The position numbers and the translations under genes are program-made. From positions 1-64,000 of the IMG/VR virus record IMGVR_UViG_3300021197_001928: a stretch of DNA of 64,000 bases; one strand, 5' to 3'. The notes beneath the pieces were generated by a model, which searched no databases, was not told where the DNA came from, and was given only the letters and a program-made list of their open reading frames with translations. The DNA is from a virus. Below, in pieces: positions 45,917 to 56,722 of the stretch (the stretch's first letter is position 1; every line of letters begins with the position of its first letter).

Positions 45917-48900
45917 TATTCTCCTGCTATGTTAACTAGTCCGCTGAACTGATTCCCACAGGGCTTTCCGTCTTCATCAGTTTCTTTTCTTTTGAATTTT
46001 GATTTCATCCACCATGGCACATCAGCGCCTATAAATATGTTATTAACTGTTTTTGATAAGATATCTTTTGTTAAGTTCTCGACAAAGCCTCCACTTTTCT
46101 CTTCTTCGTTGTCTGGGTCGAAGTCTTTTCTTTTGTAATTTGATACAAATAACTTTCTCAACTCATCCTTCGTATCATTAAAAAGATTTTCTAATCTTAC
46201 AGGCTTGTTATCATCTTCGTCTTCTCTTTCATCGGGATCTCTACCCAGCGAAGAATAAAAATTTAAATAAGAATAGATACACGCAATGGATGGTATCCTT
46301 TTTGCACTAGTGATATGATCAAACAATAGTTTAAATTCTGGAGTTTCACACATCAAATCAACATAACACTTTAGATCTTGATTAAAATTACTATCCGAAT
46401 CAATATATGAGGCCAATTTGTTATCTGGTATGTCTCGCTCGAATGAACAAATAGGAAAAACATACTTTGATGATACTGTTGGGGGATATTTAAATACATA
46501 GCTCTTTTCTTGATTTGCTTTTTGCATAATTTCTTGAGTAATTGATTTAAGAGGTTCAAAATTGCGAGGCATTACCATACAAAGCCTAACTCCAAATTTA
46601 ACACCTATGCTTCCATCATACCCATCCTCTAATAACTTCAATTTTGCATTTCCAAAAAAATCAGAAACATTAGCATCCACTGGGATGTTAGATGCATTTG
46701 TGGATAAAAATTCTTTAAATTTAGCAATGTTTACCACACCTTTAAGATTATTATCTCGGTTGTCCAAAAAAGACCTATTTAATTGTATTCTTTGTGCTGC
46801 TATGGTCTGCGGTGATACTTTTTTGTCTTCTATTCTTAGATATTTTTCTAAAAAGAGACCCCCATTTTCGTTTAATTCATTAGCGTCAATTTCAATTCCA
46901 TCTAGAGGGTGCTGACTGTTTACACTGTTTACACAATCTGGTATTGATCCGTAGTCAAAATTTGATTTTCCTCCCGTAGGTGCCTCTACTTCTACTTCAC
47001 CGGCCCTTATATTGCCCTTCATCATTATGTTAGATGATCCAATTAAGAATTTTGATATGTCATATATATAAGGCCTTGGCTGAATGACTTCTGATAGCAT
47101 ATCTGAATAGAAATTTAGTTGTTCTTCTACCAAATATGATAATCCTTCCATGCATTCTCCCATTACATCATGAATAGCTCCTAGCTTTGCTGCAAACCTT
47201 AACTGATTTAATGTAAATGCTGAGGATAGGGCGATTGCTGTGGCACCAATTCCCACAAAAGCTGGGGCCGCTAATAATCCACCAGCAGCTATTAATCCGC
47301 CAATTGATACCCTGTCTACAACACCATCATTTTTAAAATCACCAAAGACATCCGCATAGGTTGGGCTAACATAAGTTTTCTGTATTTCGTTTAATGCATT
47401 CATTATGTCATCGAGTTGGCTATCAGATTCTATTTCTCCGCTGTCCATTTTTCTCTTTAATAGTTGCATGGCCTGTTCTACAAACAAATACCAATATACT
47501 CCGCCTTCATATGTCGAGGCAAATAAAGAAAACTGGTTTGACAAACTCTCTTCTAGCTTTCTAACAATTAATCTAGAGATCATTTTACTATGATTTCTTT
47601 TAAAATTCATGTCGACATTAGCATTGATTGGAAAGGTCCTTAACATATAATCAACAACGTGCATTCGGATTATCGCTGTTACAACGCCGCCTATAGTGGA
47701 TAGCGTTGACGGATTAGCTATTTTGTCAAAAGGTTTTTCAATAACACAATCAGGTGCTAGTTGTAGTCTTTCGTCTGGTTTTATTGAAGACTCATCTTCG
47801 CCCATCTTATCCATGATGTCTTGAAAAAACATAAAATTACTTTGGACATCCTTACACCCTTTAATGTTGGATACAATGACTTTTGCAAATTGGGACCATC
47901 CTTGCTTTTCCTCTGCTAATATATTATAAAACGGAGCAGAATAGGATCCCCCGTGTTGAGCAGGGTCTAAAAACATCACTCTGGGGTTGTTGGTTAAACT
48001 TCTACCTAAGACTTTTGCTGATTCTTCATAAGTGTATTCCGTAGCTCCTGACTCAGGGTTTACATAAGTAAGATCGGCTGCTGATATCTCGACAGCGTTG
48101 TAGCCATAAAGAAAGCCTTGGGAAGGCTGTCCGCTTGAATCTGATACTAACAACTTTAGTACCTTATCAAACATTATTTTATTTATAATTGATATTGCAT
48201 CTTCGGCATCATCTAGGGTCATTTTACTTTCTCCAAATAACGACCAAGACTTTTCCAACATTGCTCTCATTATCTTTGCTCTATATCTACCGCCCGCTTC
48301 AATATACGGATCCAGATCGTTGAGCATTTTCATGTGCACTTCTTCAACACTTTCCATTACTTCAATATTATAATCAGGAAATTCTGGCGTTACTATTCTG
48401 ATTTTATGTGCAAAGGAGTCCTCACCCCCATCATATACCTTTATTTTGGTTTCAAAAAGTCCATCTTCGTAATCTCCAGTAAAAGTTAAATTCATCTTTG
48501 GGGTTTTATCTTTGTCCCACTCTTCTGTCTGGGCCAGAAACTGGTTTCTCATTTCTATAGCAACAGTATTTGGCAGATCTGCACTTTCTGGGAATATGAA
48601 TGCAAGAGGGCCCAGAGATGACCGAACATTTCTATACCAATTATAATAGTTTAAGGAACCTCCTTTTTTATCTGCTAATATCTGTCCTAAAATTCCGGGA
48701 CCATCAAATGGCTCCCAAAGATTCCAATCAACCATGTCATCCATAAACGCTTTCTGTACTCTCTTGAATATTCCTGCCTTTACATTCTTAAAAGATTCAG
48801 TCTCTCTTGCTTTTTTCAATACAGCACCAACACTATTAATATTGTCTACACAATCCGGATCGGTGGTTGGTGATAACGCCTGATCTATAATATCACCTAA

Positions 48901-51900
48901 AACGGAATCGGGGCCATTCAACACCATATCCAGAACTTGCTCTACATTATCCTCTGATCGGTCTTTCTCTTGCTGCTTATAGTCGTCTAAAACGTCCTGA
49001 GGCAAAGAAGATAATGCTTCATCTGTCGCTTCATTTAGTGCTATCATTTCTGAATTTTCCAAACATTTGCTCGTTGGTGATTCTATGTATACAACTGAAT
49101 CGACTTGATTGTCCATTGCATCTAGCTGATCGGCAGTTAATAGCCCAGATGCCATTTGAAAAAATTCCCCAACAGCATCTGCATTTGATAGTAAATCAGC
49201 AAATGCTGGCGAATTGGCGCTAACCGACTCTGCTATACTTTTCAAATATTCGCTGTCCGGGTTGCCTGTTAGGGCACGTTTCATTTGTACATCAGTTCCT
49301 GCGTTTGAAATTGTCTTGGCTAATTTGCCATATTCCTCTTCAGGCAAGGGGGGTCGACCTTCAGGGGCCATACCGGCTGCTCTTAGAATATCTGACTCTT
49401 TGCAATCTTCCCTTCCAAGAAGGTCCATTAGACTAACGGTTGTAGGTAATTGGCCACCTAATAATTTACACAAAGATGCATCAATCAGTTGAGCTAGTTT
49501 GGCAAACAAAGCAGCCATTGCCTGCTTAAATGTTATTTTTAAAGCTGCTATGAACGCCTTGACAAGGTTATCGAGCATATTGCTCCAGCTAAACTTTGGA
49601 AACTGTTTTAGCGCTGGTAGTGCTAGATCTGGCTTTTCCCAATTGCAAGGGTCTAAAGTTAGTGTGCTCAAGAAGCTGTCAATTGGTGGAAATATAAAAT
49701 GAGTTCTTGGGCATTTAAATTTTGATACAATACTGGTTAGAATTTTAATTCCGGGCAAGTTGTCTATGGCGCTCATTATCTCTTGAATTTCTGCTGTTTC
49801 CATTATTGCATCTTTATATGCTTTCATAATTGCCTGTTGAGTATTACCAAGAGCCTTTCCCATTGTGCCCTGTTCGTAATTGTCTCCGGGATTCAGGCTG
49901 GCAAAATTGTTTTTGTTGGCTTCGGCCGATATTAAGGCTTGCCTTTCCTGTTCAGATAAGTTACTCCAATTCTCAAATTGTCTAGTTTCTTCCAAATCCT
50001 TCTGTAGATTTAGTGCCTCTCCACGCATCTGTTCTATTTTAGTTAGGGAAGCAATTGCCACTTTAGATAAATCTTGCATAACGCCAATAATATCTGGAGA
50101 CTCTCCGGATCTTAAATCTGAAATTTCTTGATTTACCTCTCTCATTTGATCTTCTTTCTCTTCTTGGCGAAAGCCTAGGTTGAATATCCGATCTTTGATC
50201 TCTTGTATTGCTGCGGGGTTCTCATCGAGAGCCACTTGTTCAAGTTCATTATCAGCTAATATTTCTCTTAGTTCTCTTATTTCTGCTTTTATGTCTGTTA
50301 TTTCTTTTGATACTTCTAATAATTTTTTTTCTTTTTCATATATTTTAGAAAGTATTATTTCATCGATAGCTGGGCTGTCTTCTACTGGTATATAATTTTT
50401 TATATTTGTGATATACTCACCGATTTGGGCGGGTGTTTCTCTTATTATAAATTTTAAAACATCGACTTTAGCGTTAAGGTCTCCAACTCTTTCGTCTGAG
50501 TTTGAGCCTTTTGTTTCCGACCAACCTTTTTTTTCGTTTGGGCTATAATCTAATATATAACTAATAAAAGATTCGGAAGCAAATGATATTTGTATATTTG
50601 CCTTAAAGTTTGCTTTTTTCAATTCTGAAAATATTTGTTTAATTCTATCCTGTAGTTTTGATAGCCCACTCTCAGCATTCAGTCTTTTATCCTTCGCTTC
50701 TGTTGCCCTGTTGGTTCGAGGTTCTGCTAATGAACCGGCTTTCCATCCGGGTTCCCATGGTGCCGGCATGTTTCCAAATTCTTTTTCGACAACTTTTCTA
50801 ATTTGCTCCTGTTTGTCTGCCGGTAGGGACATCACGATTACCTCTAGACCTTCTCCAGCAACATTTTTCATAACTGATTTGATAATAGATAAATAAGCAG
50901 AGCTTAAGTCCATGCCTCGAAACAAGCATTTTAATAGTGTCAAAGCAAAATCTTTAAATGAACAGGGGTTAAACATTCTTGCTAATGTCAACAGGTGTTC
51001 TCCGACACCCTCATCCCCCTCAAAAGATAATTTAAAATCGGACAAGGCCTTAAATATTGGGGATTTTTCTTTCATTTTTCTATTTTCTTTTCTATATTTG
51101 TCATGAACGTATGATTTCATATAATCTATTCGACCATTAAAAGTTTCCCTCTTAAATTTATCAGTGTCAAAACCAAAATTAGGTATAGTTTTAAATACTT
51201 TTGTCTTATCTGGGTCGAAATCAGAGGGAGTCTGGTCGAAAATATAACCATTTCCATACATGGAGATGCAGTTTGCTTGATTAAACTGGTATGCAAAAGC
51301 ATTAGAAAAACTCAATGCAGTTTTCAATACCGCACCATTAATTGCATTTATATCAGACAGGCATGTATCTGGTCTTTGATCTTTAAATTTTTCAGCGCTC
51401 CCAAAATCAATGCTTAGTTGCGGAAAGGTATATTCTACAACAAAATCTAACCAATTTGGAGTTTGTCTGGCTGTAAGCTTTGGGTGTATTTTATCAAGCA
51501 CGGCAACATAGCCCATCGTTGTTTGGTCCATATTATATTTTCTTATGAAACGTCCGATACCGCCCTTTTTCATCTTTTTCCAGCGGCAATTTTTCTTTTT
51601 AACTCTAATTCTCTTAATCTTAAATGGCTTTTCTTCATCAGATTTATCAAAAGTTATCTCTATTTGGTGTGCCCTTGGCCCAAAGGAGGGAGCATTTCCA
51701 TATTTAAAGTTATTATTTTCTATAAGAGTTTCAAGTGCACTTCTAAATCTTTTCATCCTTCCTATTACAAAGGACAAATAAAATTGTTTGTTTGATTCCG
51801 CAAAGAATAAGCTGCCGTTCTCCATTTGGAAAAAATGTGACTGGTATTTAGAGAAAACCTCCAAGGCAGAAGTCGTTTCTTTCAACGCTGTGTCGAATTC

Positions 51901-52602
51901 TTCAACATTCATAACTAACTTCTTGACACTAGTATCAACCTCTGGTATATCGGGCATGTCTGGTACCCTGTCTAAGACAAATGCTGGTACGGTTATTAAT
52001 ACTTGTAATATACCATTGTCACTCAAGGTAGTAAATCTAAATTCTGGGGTTCTTGCATACACCTCTAGGGCGTCCATATTTGTTGCCTTGCCACCAACAA
52101 CCGGCGGACTGTCTCCTTTAGTTGTAGGCACAGTGTGGTATGTGAGCGTAGTTGTTCCTAAATCAACAGGGCGCTCTTCTAAATTTATATAGTCATCAAA
52201 GTTTACATCAAAAGTTGTACCACATTGACCTCCGGGATTTTCAGGTGGTAATGCACAAATTATTTCGTCAGAAATCATTTTACCATAATAAGCCAACATC
52301 ATACGAATACCGGGCTTTACGTAAGTTCTCTTTAATGCTTGAAATCCGTTGCTTTCCGATGCCACTCCAATAGTACCAACAGTAAATGTATCTCCATTTT
52401 CATTTATCGTAACTGATATGGAGTATTCGCAAGTTTTCTTGTTTAAAAAGGGCTTATCCAGCGTCCACCAGTCAGGGGGCACAAAATTCTCGTCTGGTAT
52501 GCATGTTGGGCAGACCTTATCGGGCTCTTTTTCTTGTTTGGGTCCTATTTCACAAATGTCTTGCTGAGAAACAAGAAATTCTGATTTGTTTTCTATTGCC
52601 AT
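45916..52602 (-). CDS. Very large (2228 aa) tail-associated protein with central coiled coil
   Basis: Uninterrupted ORF in the baseplate block; heptad-rich segment around 49900-50700; no family recognised. Confidence 0.6.
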   Translation of the reverse strand: MAIENKSEFLVSQQDICEIGPKQEKEPDKVCPTCIPDENFVPPDWWTLDKPFLNKKTCEYSISVTINENGDTFTVGTIGVASESNGFQALKRTYVKPGIRMMLAYYGKMISDEIICALPPENPGGQCGTTFDVNFDDYINLEERPVDLGTTTLTYHTVPTTKGDSPPVVGGKATNMDALEVYARTPEFRFTTLSDNGILQVLITVPAFVLDRVPDMPDIPEVDTSVKKLVMNVEEFDTALKETTSALEVFSKYQSHFFQMENGSLFFAESNKQFYLSFVIGRMKRFRSALETLIENNNFKYGNAPSFGPRAHQIEITFDKSDEEKPFKIKRIRVKKKNCRWKKMKKGGIGRFIRKYNMDQTTMGYVAVLDKIHPKLTARQTPNWLDFVVEYTFPQLSIDFGSAEKFKDQRPDTCLSDINAINGAVLKTALSFSNAFAYQFNQANCISMYGNGYIFDQTPSDFDPDKTKVFKTIPNFGFDTDKFKRETFNGRIDYMKSYVHDKYRKENRKMKEKSPIFKALSDFKLSFEGDEGVGEHLLTLARMFNPCSFKDFALTLLKCLFRGMDLSSAYLSIIKSVMKNVAGEGLEVIVMSLPADKQEQIRKVVEKEFGNMPAPWEPGWKAGSLAEPRTNRATEAKDKRLNAESGLSKLQDRIKQIFSELKKANFKANIQISFASESFISYILDYSPNEKKGWSETKGSNSDERVGDLNAKVDVLKFIIRETPAQIGEYITNIKNYIPVEDSPAIDEIILSKIYEKEKKLLEVSKEITDIKAEIRELREILADNELEQVALDENPAAIQEIKDRIFNLGFRQEEKEDQMREVNQEISDLRSGESPDIIGVMQDLSKVAIASLTKIEQMRGEALNLQKDLEETRQFENWSNLSEQERQALISAEANKNNFASLNPGDNYEQGTMGKALGNTQQAIMKAYKDAIMETAEIQEIMSAIDNLPGIKILTSIVSKFKCPRTHFIFPPIDSFLSTLTLDPCNWEKPDLALPALKQFPKFSWSNMLDNLVKAFIAALKITFKQAMAALFAKLAQLIDASLCKLLGGQLPTTVSLMDLLGREDCKESDILRAAGMAPEGRPPLPEEEYGKLAKTISNAGTDVQMKRALTGNPDSEYLKSIAESVSANSPAFADLLSNADAVGEFFQMASGLLTADQLDAMDNQVDSVVYIESPTSKCLENSEMIALNEATDEALSSLPQDVLDDYKQQEKDRSEDNVEQVLDMVLNGPDSVLGDIIDQALSPTTDPDCVDNINSVGAVLKKARETESFKNVKAGIFKRVQKAFMDDMVDWNLWEPFDGPGILGQILADKKGGSLNYYNWYRNVRSSLGPLAFIFPESADLPNTVAIEMRNQFLAQTEEWDKDKTPKMNLTFTGDYEDGLFETKIKVYDGGEDSFAHKIRIVTPEFPDYNIEVMESVEEVHMKMLNDLDPYIEAGGRYRAKIMRAMLEKSWSLFGESKMTLDDAEDAISIINKIMFDKVLKLLVSDSSGQPSQGFLYGYNAVEISAADLTYVNPESGATEYTYEESAKVLGRSLTNNPRVMFLDPAQHGGSYSAPFYNILAEEKQGWSQFAKVIVSNIKGCKDVQSNFMFFQDIMDKMGEDESSIKPDERLQLAPDCVIEKPFDKIANPSTLSTIGGVVTAIIRMHVVDYMLRTFPINANVDMNFKRNHSKMISRLIVRKLEESLSNQFSLFASTYEGGVYWYLFVEQAMQLLKRKMDSGEIESDSQLDDIMNALNEIQKTYVSPTYADVFGDFKNDGVVDRVSIGGLIAAGGLLAAPAFVGIGATAIALSSAFTLNQLRFAAKLGAIHDVMGECMEGLSYLVEEQLNFYSDMLSEVIQPRPYIYDISKFLIGSSNIMMKGNIRAGEVEVEAPTGGKSNFDYGSIPDCVNSVNSQHPLDGIEIDANELNENGGLFLEKYLRIEDKKVSPQTIAAQRIQLNRSFLDNRDNNLKGVVNIAKFKEFLSTNASNIPVDANVSDFFGNAKLKLLEDGYDGSIGVKFGVRLCMVMPRNFEPLKSITQEIMQKANQEKSYVFKYPPTVSSKYVFPICSFERDIPDNKLASYIDSDSNFNQDLKCYVDLMCETPEFKLLFDHITSAKRIPSIACIYSYLNFYSSLGRDPDEREDEDDNKPVRLENLFNDTKDELRKLFVSNYKRKDFDPDNEEEKSGGFVENLTKDILSKTVNNIFIGADVPWWMKSKFKRKETDEDGKPCGNQFSGLVNIAGE

Positions 52603-52609
52603 AATTACC

Positions 52610-53566
52610 TCAAGTTATAAATACTGAATTGCTTACGATTGACTTGGCTCCCTTAAGTATCTCCAAATCATCTAAATAATTCATTTTTCTTAATTCAGAG
52701 TTTATGGAACCAAATATTTGTTCTGTCCATTGTCCAATATTTCCAGCGAAATTGGTTGAAAATGGAGGGGATCCGAATGTTAGCACCGACATCATGCCAT
52801 TAAGAGCCATTAAATTTTCTGCTATGGTTTGTACGCTTTGATTAAAGTTCTTTAGTTGCTCTTCGACGGTATCCAAGTATTCTATCAAATTATCACCTAA
52901 AACTGCGGGCTGTAATAGGTTTTCTGACCCTGCTACAAGGTCAATCCGTGGTCTAGATAGCTTTCCACCTAGCGTGTTTGTTTCTCCATCTTTCCCTAAA
53001 CCCTCAACATTTGAGGCGCCGCCACAATAAATTCTAAACGTTTCCCTTCCAATAATTCTAACATTGTCTGCTTTTATTCCAACGGCAGATTTATTGCTAA
53101 TTACACCAGATGGTGTCTTGGTGTTTTTCATTCCAAAATATTGGTCTATGTTCAGGGATTTTTGTGTTATGTAGATCCTTGCGGCGTCTGTTATGAAATT
53201 TGGATTAACGGTTTCTTCTTCTCCGATTGGCTTTTTACCTTTTGCCATCTCATGAGCAGAATTCAAAGCGCATCTTCCAACTACTAAATCAATCATTCCA
53301 CATGATGTGTACCCTTGGCCACCACAACCAGAAACAAGAGAATCGGGCCTATCTCTCCCTAAGACTATAAAGCAGTTATTGTTTGGTTCTCCCGGCTTGG
53401 TATACTGTGTTATCACCTTTTCGCACTGGGCTCTTCTAAAATTGGGAACAGGTTCTCTGACTGTTGTGCAAAAGAGTCCTTCTTCTACACCTAGGTCAAT
53501 CATTTCCTCAATGTTGTCATCATATTTTATCCTTTTAAAAGGAGTAAACTTTGGTATTGTTGGCAT
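52610..53566 (-). CDS. Baseplate hub/spike-associated protein
   Basis: IVLGRDRP, IDLVVGR, DAARIYI.QK, IKADNVRIIGRE, QPAVLGDNL; position next to the M23 gene. Confidence 0.5.
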   Translation of the reverse strand: MPTIPKFTPFKRIKYDDNIEEMIDLGVEEGLFCTTVREPVPNFRRAQCEKVITQYTKPGEPNNNCFIVLGRDRPDSLVSGCGGQGYTSCGMIDLVVGRCALNSAHEMAKGKKPIGEEETVNPNFITDAARIYITQKSLNIDQYFGMKNTKTPSGVISNKSAVGIKADNVRIIGRETFRIYCGGASNVEGLGKDGETNTLGGKLSRPRIDLVAGSENLLQPAVLGDNLIEYLDTVEEQLKNFNQSVQTIAENLMALNGMMSVLTFGSPPFSTNFAGNIGQWTEQIFGSINSELRKMNYLDDLEILKGAKSIVSNSVFIT

Positions 53567-53578
53567 ATTTTCCTCTTA

Positions 53579-54904
53579 TTATGGGTCGGTAGATGTTGAA
53601 GATGTTGATAATGATGCTGAATTTGGATCAATTTTCCATCCATGCTTTTCTTTTATTGACCCTCTTTTGTTTGGCCACCCTAAGCTTAACATTGGATTAA
53701 GTTTAACGTATTTTCCCTTTGCAAGAATTTTTAAATTTAAATGCAGGTGACTCCCTGTACTGCCGCCTTCATTTCCTTGGGCGGCGATTGCTTGACCTTG
53801 TCTTACAGTCTCTCCAACTTTAACATATGAACCTCCAACATGTCCATATTCAGCAATAATTGTTTGAGATGAGCCATCTAGAGCCGTCACTTTACTCCTT
53901 ATACGAACCCATGCACCAAATCCACCAACCTTTGATCCATCAATTGATGTGCCTCTAGAATCTATAACGTCTCCCGCAAAAAGACTATATAATGGGCCTA
54001 GGTGAGGACCAACATCAAAATCAACTCCACCATGTCCCGATAAAGCTGCGCCGCCAAATGGATCAGGTCGTGACCCCATTACAGAAGTTACATAAGTCTC
54101 TTTAGGGTTGCCTATAAAAGAAGAGTTAGGAAACATTGTGCTTTTATTCAAACTATTATCCCAGAGAGGTAAGATTCTGATGTCTTGGTCCGGAGGCACT
54201 GGAGGGTTTGGTGGTAGCCTATACACTGGCTTTCCTGCATCGTTAAGAATGCCGGGCACAGGTTTTGGATCTGGTCCTGAATTATAGGCTGTCCAGAGTG
54301 ACATATCATAACCCGGTGTTCCAAATGCGCCGGCACCTGAAAATCCCGGCACAAGTCCGTCTTGTAACCCAAGGCCTCCTCCGGCTTCGTAACACCCCTT
54401 ACCTTTTCTAGATAGTTGGTTTGACTTCACATCTGGTAATAAAGTAAATTCGGCACCTCTTGTTTTGCCACCTTGCTTTGGTGCTCCCCCCGGAAAGCTA
54501 ACTAAAACCTGTATATTGGTGAGAGTGCTTGGTACATTTATATCCATCCCTGCCTGTTGTAATTCACTGCTGAAAAAAGTAGAAATAGCAGTTGTGTGGC
54601 TAAATGCTAATATTGCATCTTGTTTTTTTGAAAACTTTCTCGCATTACCTGTGTCATCTGAACACCTGTTTGCGGGGATATGATGACCATGAAGCTCTGG
54701 TATTCTTATTGTTGCTATGATTTTGTCTCCCTTATCCGTCTTTACAGCCTGCCAAGATATTATAGATCCAAGATACGGACCCTCTTTTAAGTCTGAACTG
54801 TCTTCGATAACCAAATCATTTAACTCTTCATTTTGCATTTGAAGTCTTGTTTTATAATCCGACAAATCATAAGCGTTTGCTGTTTTATTATATTTATAAC
54901 TCAC
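53579..54904 (-). CDS. Tail-associated M23 family peptidase
   Basis: VTS.MG.R, HGGVDF, GFG.WV.I, EYGH, V..G..V..GQ.I...GN.G.STGSHLH. Confidence 0.85.
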   Translation of the reverse strand: MSYKYNKTANAYDLSDYKTRLQMQNEELNDLVIEDSSDLKEGPYLGSIISWQAVKTDKGDKIIATIRIPELHGHHIPANRCSDDTGNARKFSKKQDAILAFSHTTAISTFFSSELQQAGMDINVPSTLTNIQVLVSFPGGAPKQGGKTRGAEFTLLPDVKSNQLSRKGKGCYEAGGGLGLQDGLVPGFSGAGAFGTPGYDMSLWTAYNSGPDPKPVPGILNDAGKPVYRLPPNPPVPPDQDIRILPLWDNSLNKSTMFPNSSFIGNPKETYVTSVMGSRPDPFGGAALSGHGGVDFDVGPHLGPLYSLFAGDVIDSRGTSIDGSKVGGFGAWVRIRSKVTALDGSSQTIIAEYGHVGGSYVKVGETVRQGQAIAAQGNEGGSTGSHLHLNLKILAKGKYVKLNPMLSLGWPNKRGSIKEKHGWKIDPNSASLSTSSTSTDP

Positions 54905-55191
54905 TCATCACTCTCCGATGAAATTGCATTGTAAATGTCTTCCATATCTTTCTTACTAAGACCTTCGCTGTTTTTATCTTTTGAAACCATTCCAGCAATC
55001 TTAACCAATTGTTCATTGGAACGCTGTAAGGTTTCAACGTATTTAGACATAACCAAGCCAACCTCTTTGTGTCTGGATTCATCTTTGGATAGCCACTTAA
55101 TTGCATCATCTAGCAATTCACGTGTTATTTTACGATCATTGCGAATGTTATCAAGAACCTCATCAATATATTTATCTAACTTTTTACTCAT
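54901..55191 (-). CDS. Hypothetical helical protein
   Basis: 96 aa, KYVETLQRSNEQLVK. Confidence 0.65.
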   Translation of the reverse strand: MSKKLDKYIDEVLDNIRNDRKITRELLDDAIKWLSKDESRHKEVGLVMSKYVETLQRSNEQLVKIAGMVSKDKNSEGLSKKDMEDIYNAISSESDE

Positions 55192-55212
55192 ATCACCCTA
55201 AATAGAAATTAA

Positions 55213-55899
55213 TCAAATTTTACCCTTATCCCAGTCGTCCTTAAAGAGCCTATATTTTTTTCTGAATTTGTTTAGCTGGCATACAATCTGCTTTGTATTC
55301 ATTCCTGTTATTTCACGAAGGTAAAGATATATAGCCTTTTTGTTGAAAATCTCAATCTTTTCAACAGATCCTAGGATCTCCCTGATTGCAAAATAAACTT
55401 TCTTTTCATTATCTTTCATATCATCAGTGCCCCAGCCATCCATCTCAAGCCACAATTTAAGCCAAAAGTCTTCTTTTTCCTTGTCTTCATGATAAGGATT
55501 AAAACAAACAATCTTAGAAGGATCAACTTCATTGAGAGCCTTTTCATAGTCGACTTCTCTTTGGTTTCTTTTTGTGGTCTTCTTTACTTGATGAATAAAC
55601 CAGTTCTTGGTTATAACGCTAAAATAAGAAAAGGCCTTTGAACCTTTCTTTGGGTCGTATTTCTCTAGTATTGTTGTCAACCAGACTTTACACTCACACC
55701 TTAGCTCATCAACATTTGGCAGTGTAGTAAATTTATAGGTAAAGACAATTTTATCAACCATCTGGTCAAAGGCTGGTTGTATCCATCTAACATATAAATC
55801 TGTTCTTATTTTGTTGCAATCTGTTTGCGTGTAATCAATTATTGCTTGTTCGTGTTCCTGCGTAAAATACATTTTCTTGGTCGATTTTCTTCGTGGCAT
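55213..55899 (-). CDS. Phage sigma factor (T4 gp55 late-sigma-like)
   Basis: MYFT....AI..Y, KYDPKKGSKAFSYFSVITKNWFI resembles the gp55/sigma region 2 motif F/YDP.K...F.YF..I..N.F. Confidence 0.65.
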   Translation of the reverse strand: MPRRKSTKKMYFTQEHEQAIIDYTQTDCNKIRTDLYVRWIQPAFDQMVDKIVFTYKFTTLPNVDELRCECKVWLTTILEKYDPKKGSKAFSYFSVITKNWFIHQVKKTTKRNQREVDYEKALNEVDPSKIVCFNPYHEDKEKEDFWLKLWLEMDGWGTDDMKDNEKKVYFAIREILGSVEKIEIFNKKAIYLYLREITGMNTKQIVCQLNKFRKKYRLFKDDWDKGKI

Positions 55900-56251
55900 C
55901 TTTTATATTTTCCTCTTGGTTTTCTTCTAATTCTTCTACTTTGTCTTCCGGATTTTCATCTGGTGGTACTGCTATCTCATAAATGTCTTCGTACTCTTCT
56001 AAAACTTCATGAAGGCTAGTTGTGTGCTTCATAAGGTGCTCCAGAGTCTCGTCTCCATAAAACATTTCCATACTGTATATTGTTTTTATGTGGTTTCTAT
56101 AACTTGCTATCATTTGGGCTAAATCGCTCAGATTTTCGCCTACAAAAAATAGCTTACCCAATAGTGAACGAATGTAATAAAGAGCTAATAAATTAGCACT
56201 CACGGACGTTAAAAGGGCTAATATAAGCCAGAATGTTAAATCAATCTTCAT
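55835..56251 (-). CDS. Membrane-anchored hypothetical protein
   Basis: N-terminal TM helix; MFYGDETL motif; acidic tail. Confidence 0.6.
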   Translation of the reverse strand: MKIDLTFWLILALLTSVSANLLALYYIRSLLGKLFFVGENLSDLAQMIASYRNHIKTIYSMEMFYGDETLEHLMKHTTSLHEVLEEYEDIYEIAVPPDENPEDKVEELEENQEENIKDATKKIDQENVFYAGTRTSNN

Positions 56252-56498
56252 AAATTTGGCTCCTTGCTTCTTTTTTCATATTTTTAAGAAGCTCTTGATT
56301 TTGTTTGATATAATCGTTCGTAATATCTCCAGTTGCCTGCTTGTCAGTTGCAACTTCCTTTATGGATGGAATTTGTGGTACCCTAATTAAGTGATCTTCT
56401 ATATTACAAAGATCACACTTGAGTTGGCTATCTCTCATTCCATGCCACACTTGAAAGTGCCCCTCACAAGACAGGCAACGATATACATACCTTGGCAT
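56241..56498 (-). CDS. FmdB-family zinc ribbon protein
   Basis: MPRYVYRCLSC...F...H........CDLC. Confidence 0.8.
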   Translation of the reverse strand: MPRYVYRCLSCEGHFQVWHGMRDSQLKCDLCNIEDHLIRVPQIPSIKEVATDKQATGDITNDYIKQNQELLKNMKKEARSQIYED

Positions 56499-56713
56499 TA
56501 ACTTGTAACAACTCGGCTTGTTTCAGTGGTAGTGGTTACTGGTGATCCCTCTCCTTTGACTAAAGGCGGATTCATTACAACCAACTGTCCGGCGTCGTCG
56601 ATTTGTACATTGAAGCCCTGAAGAACGGGAACAATATCGGCCTGTTCCATCAGGGATTTTTGCAGAGCCATCATTACGGCTCCAATTGCTTGATTTGATA
56701 ATTTATAATTCAT
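56498..56713 (-). CDS. Hypothetical protein
   Basis: 71 aa, AGGAG RBS, coupled to the next gene. Confidence 0.65.
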   Translation of the reverse strand: MNYKLSNQAIGAVMMALQKSLMEQADIVPVLQGFNVQIDDAGQLVVMNPPLVKGEGSPVTTTTETSRVVTS

Positions 56714-56722
56714 TTTTAGCTC

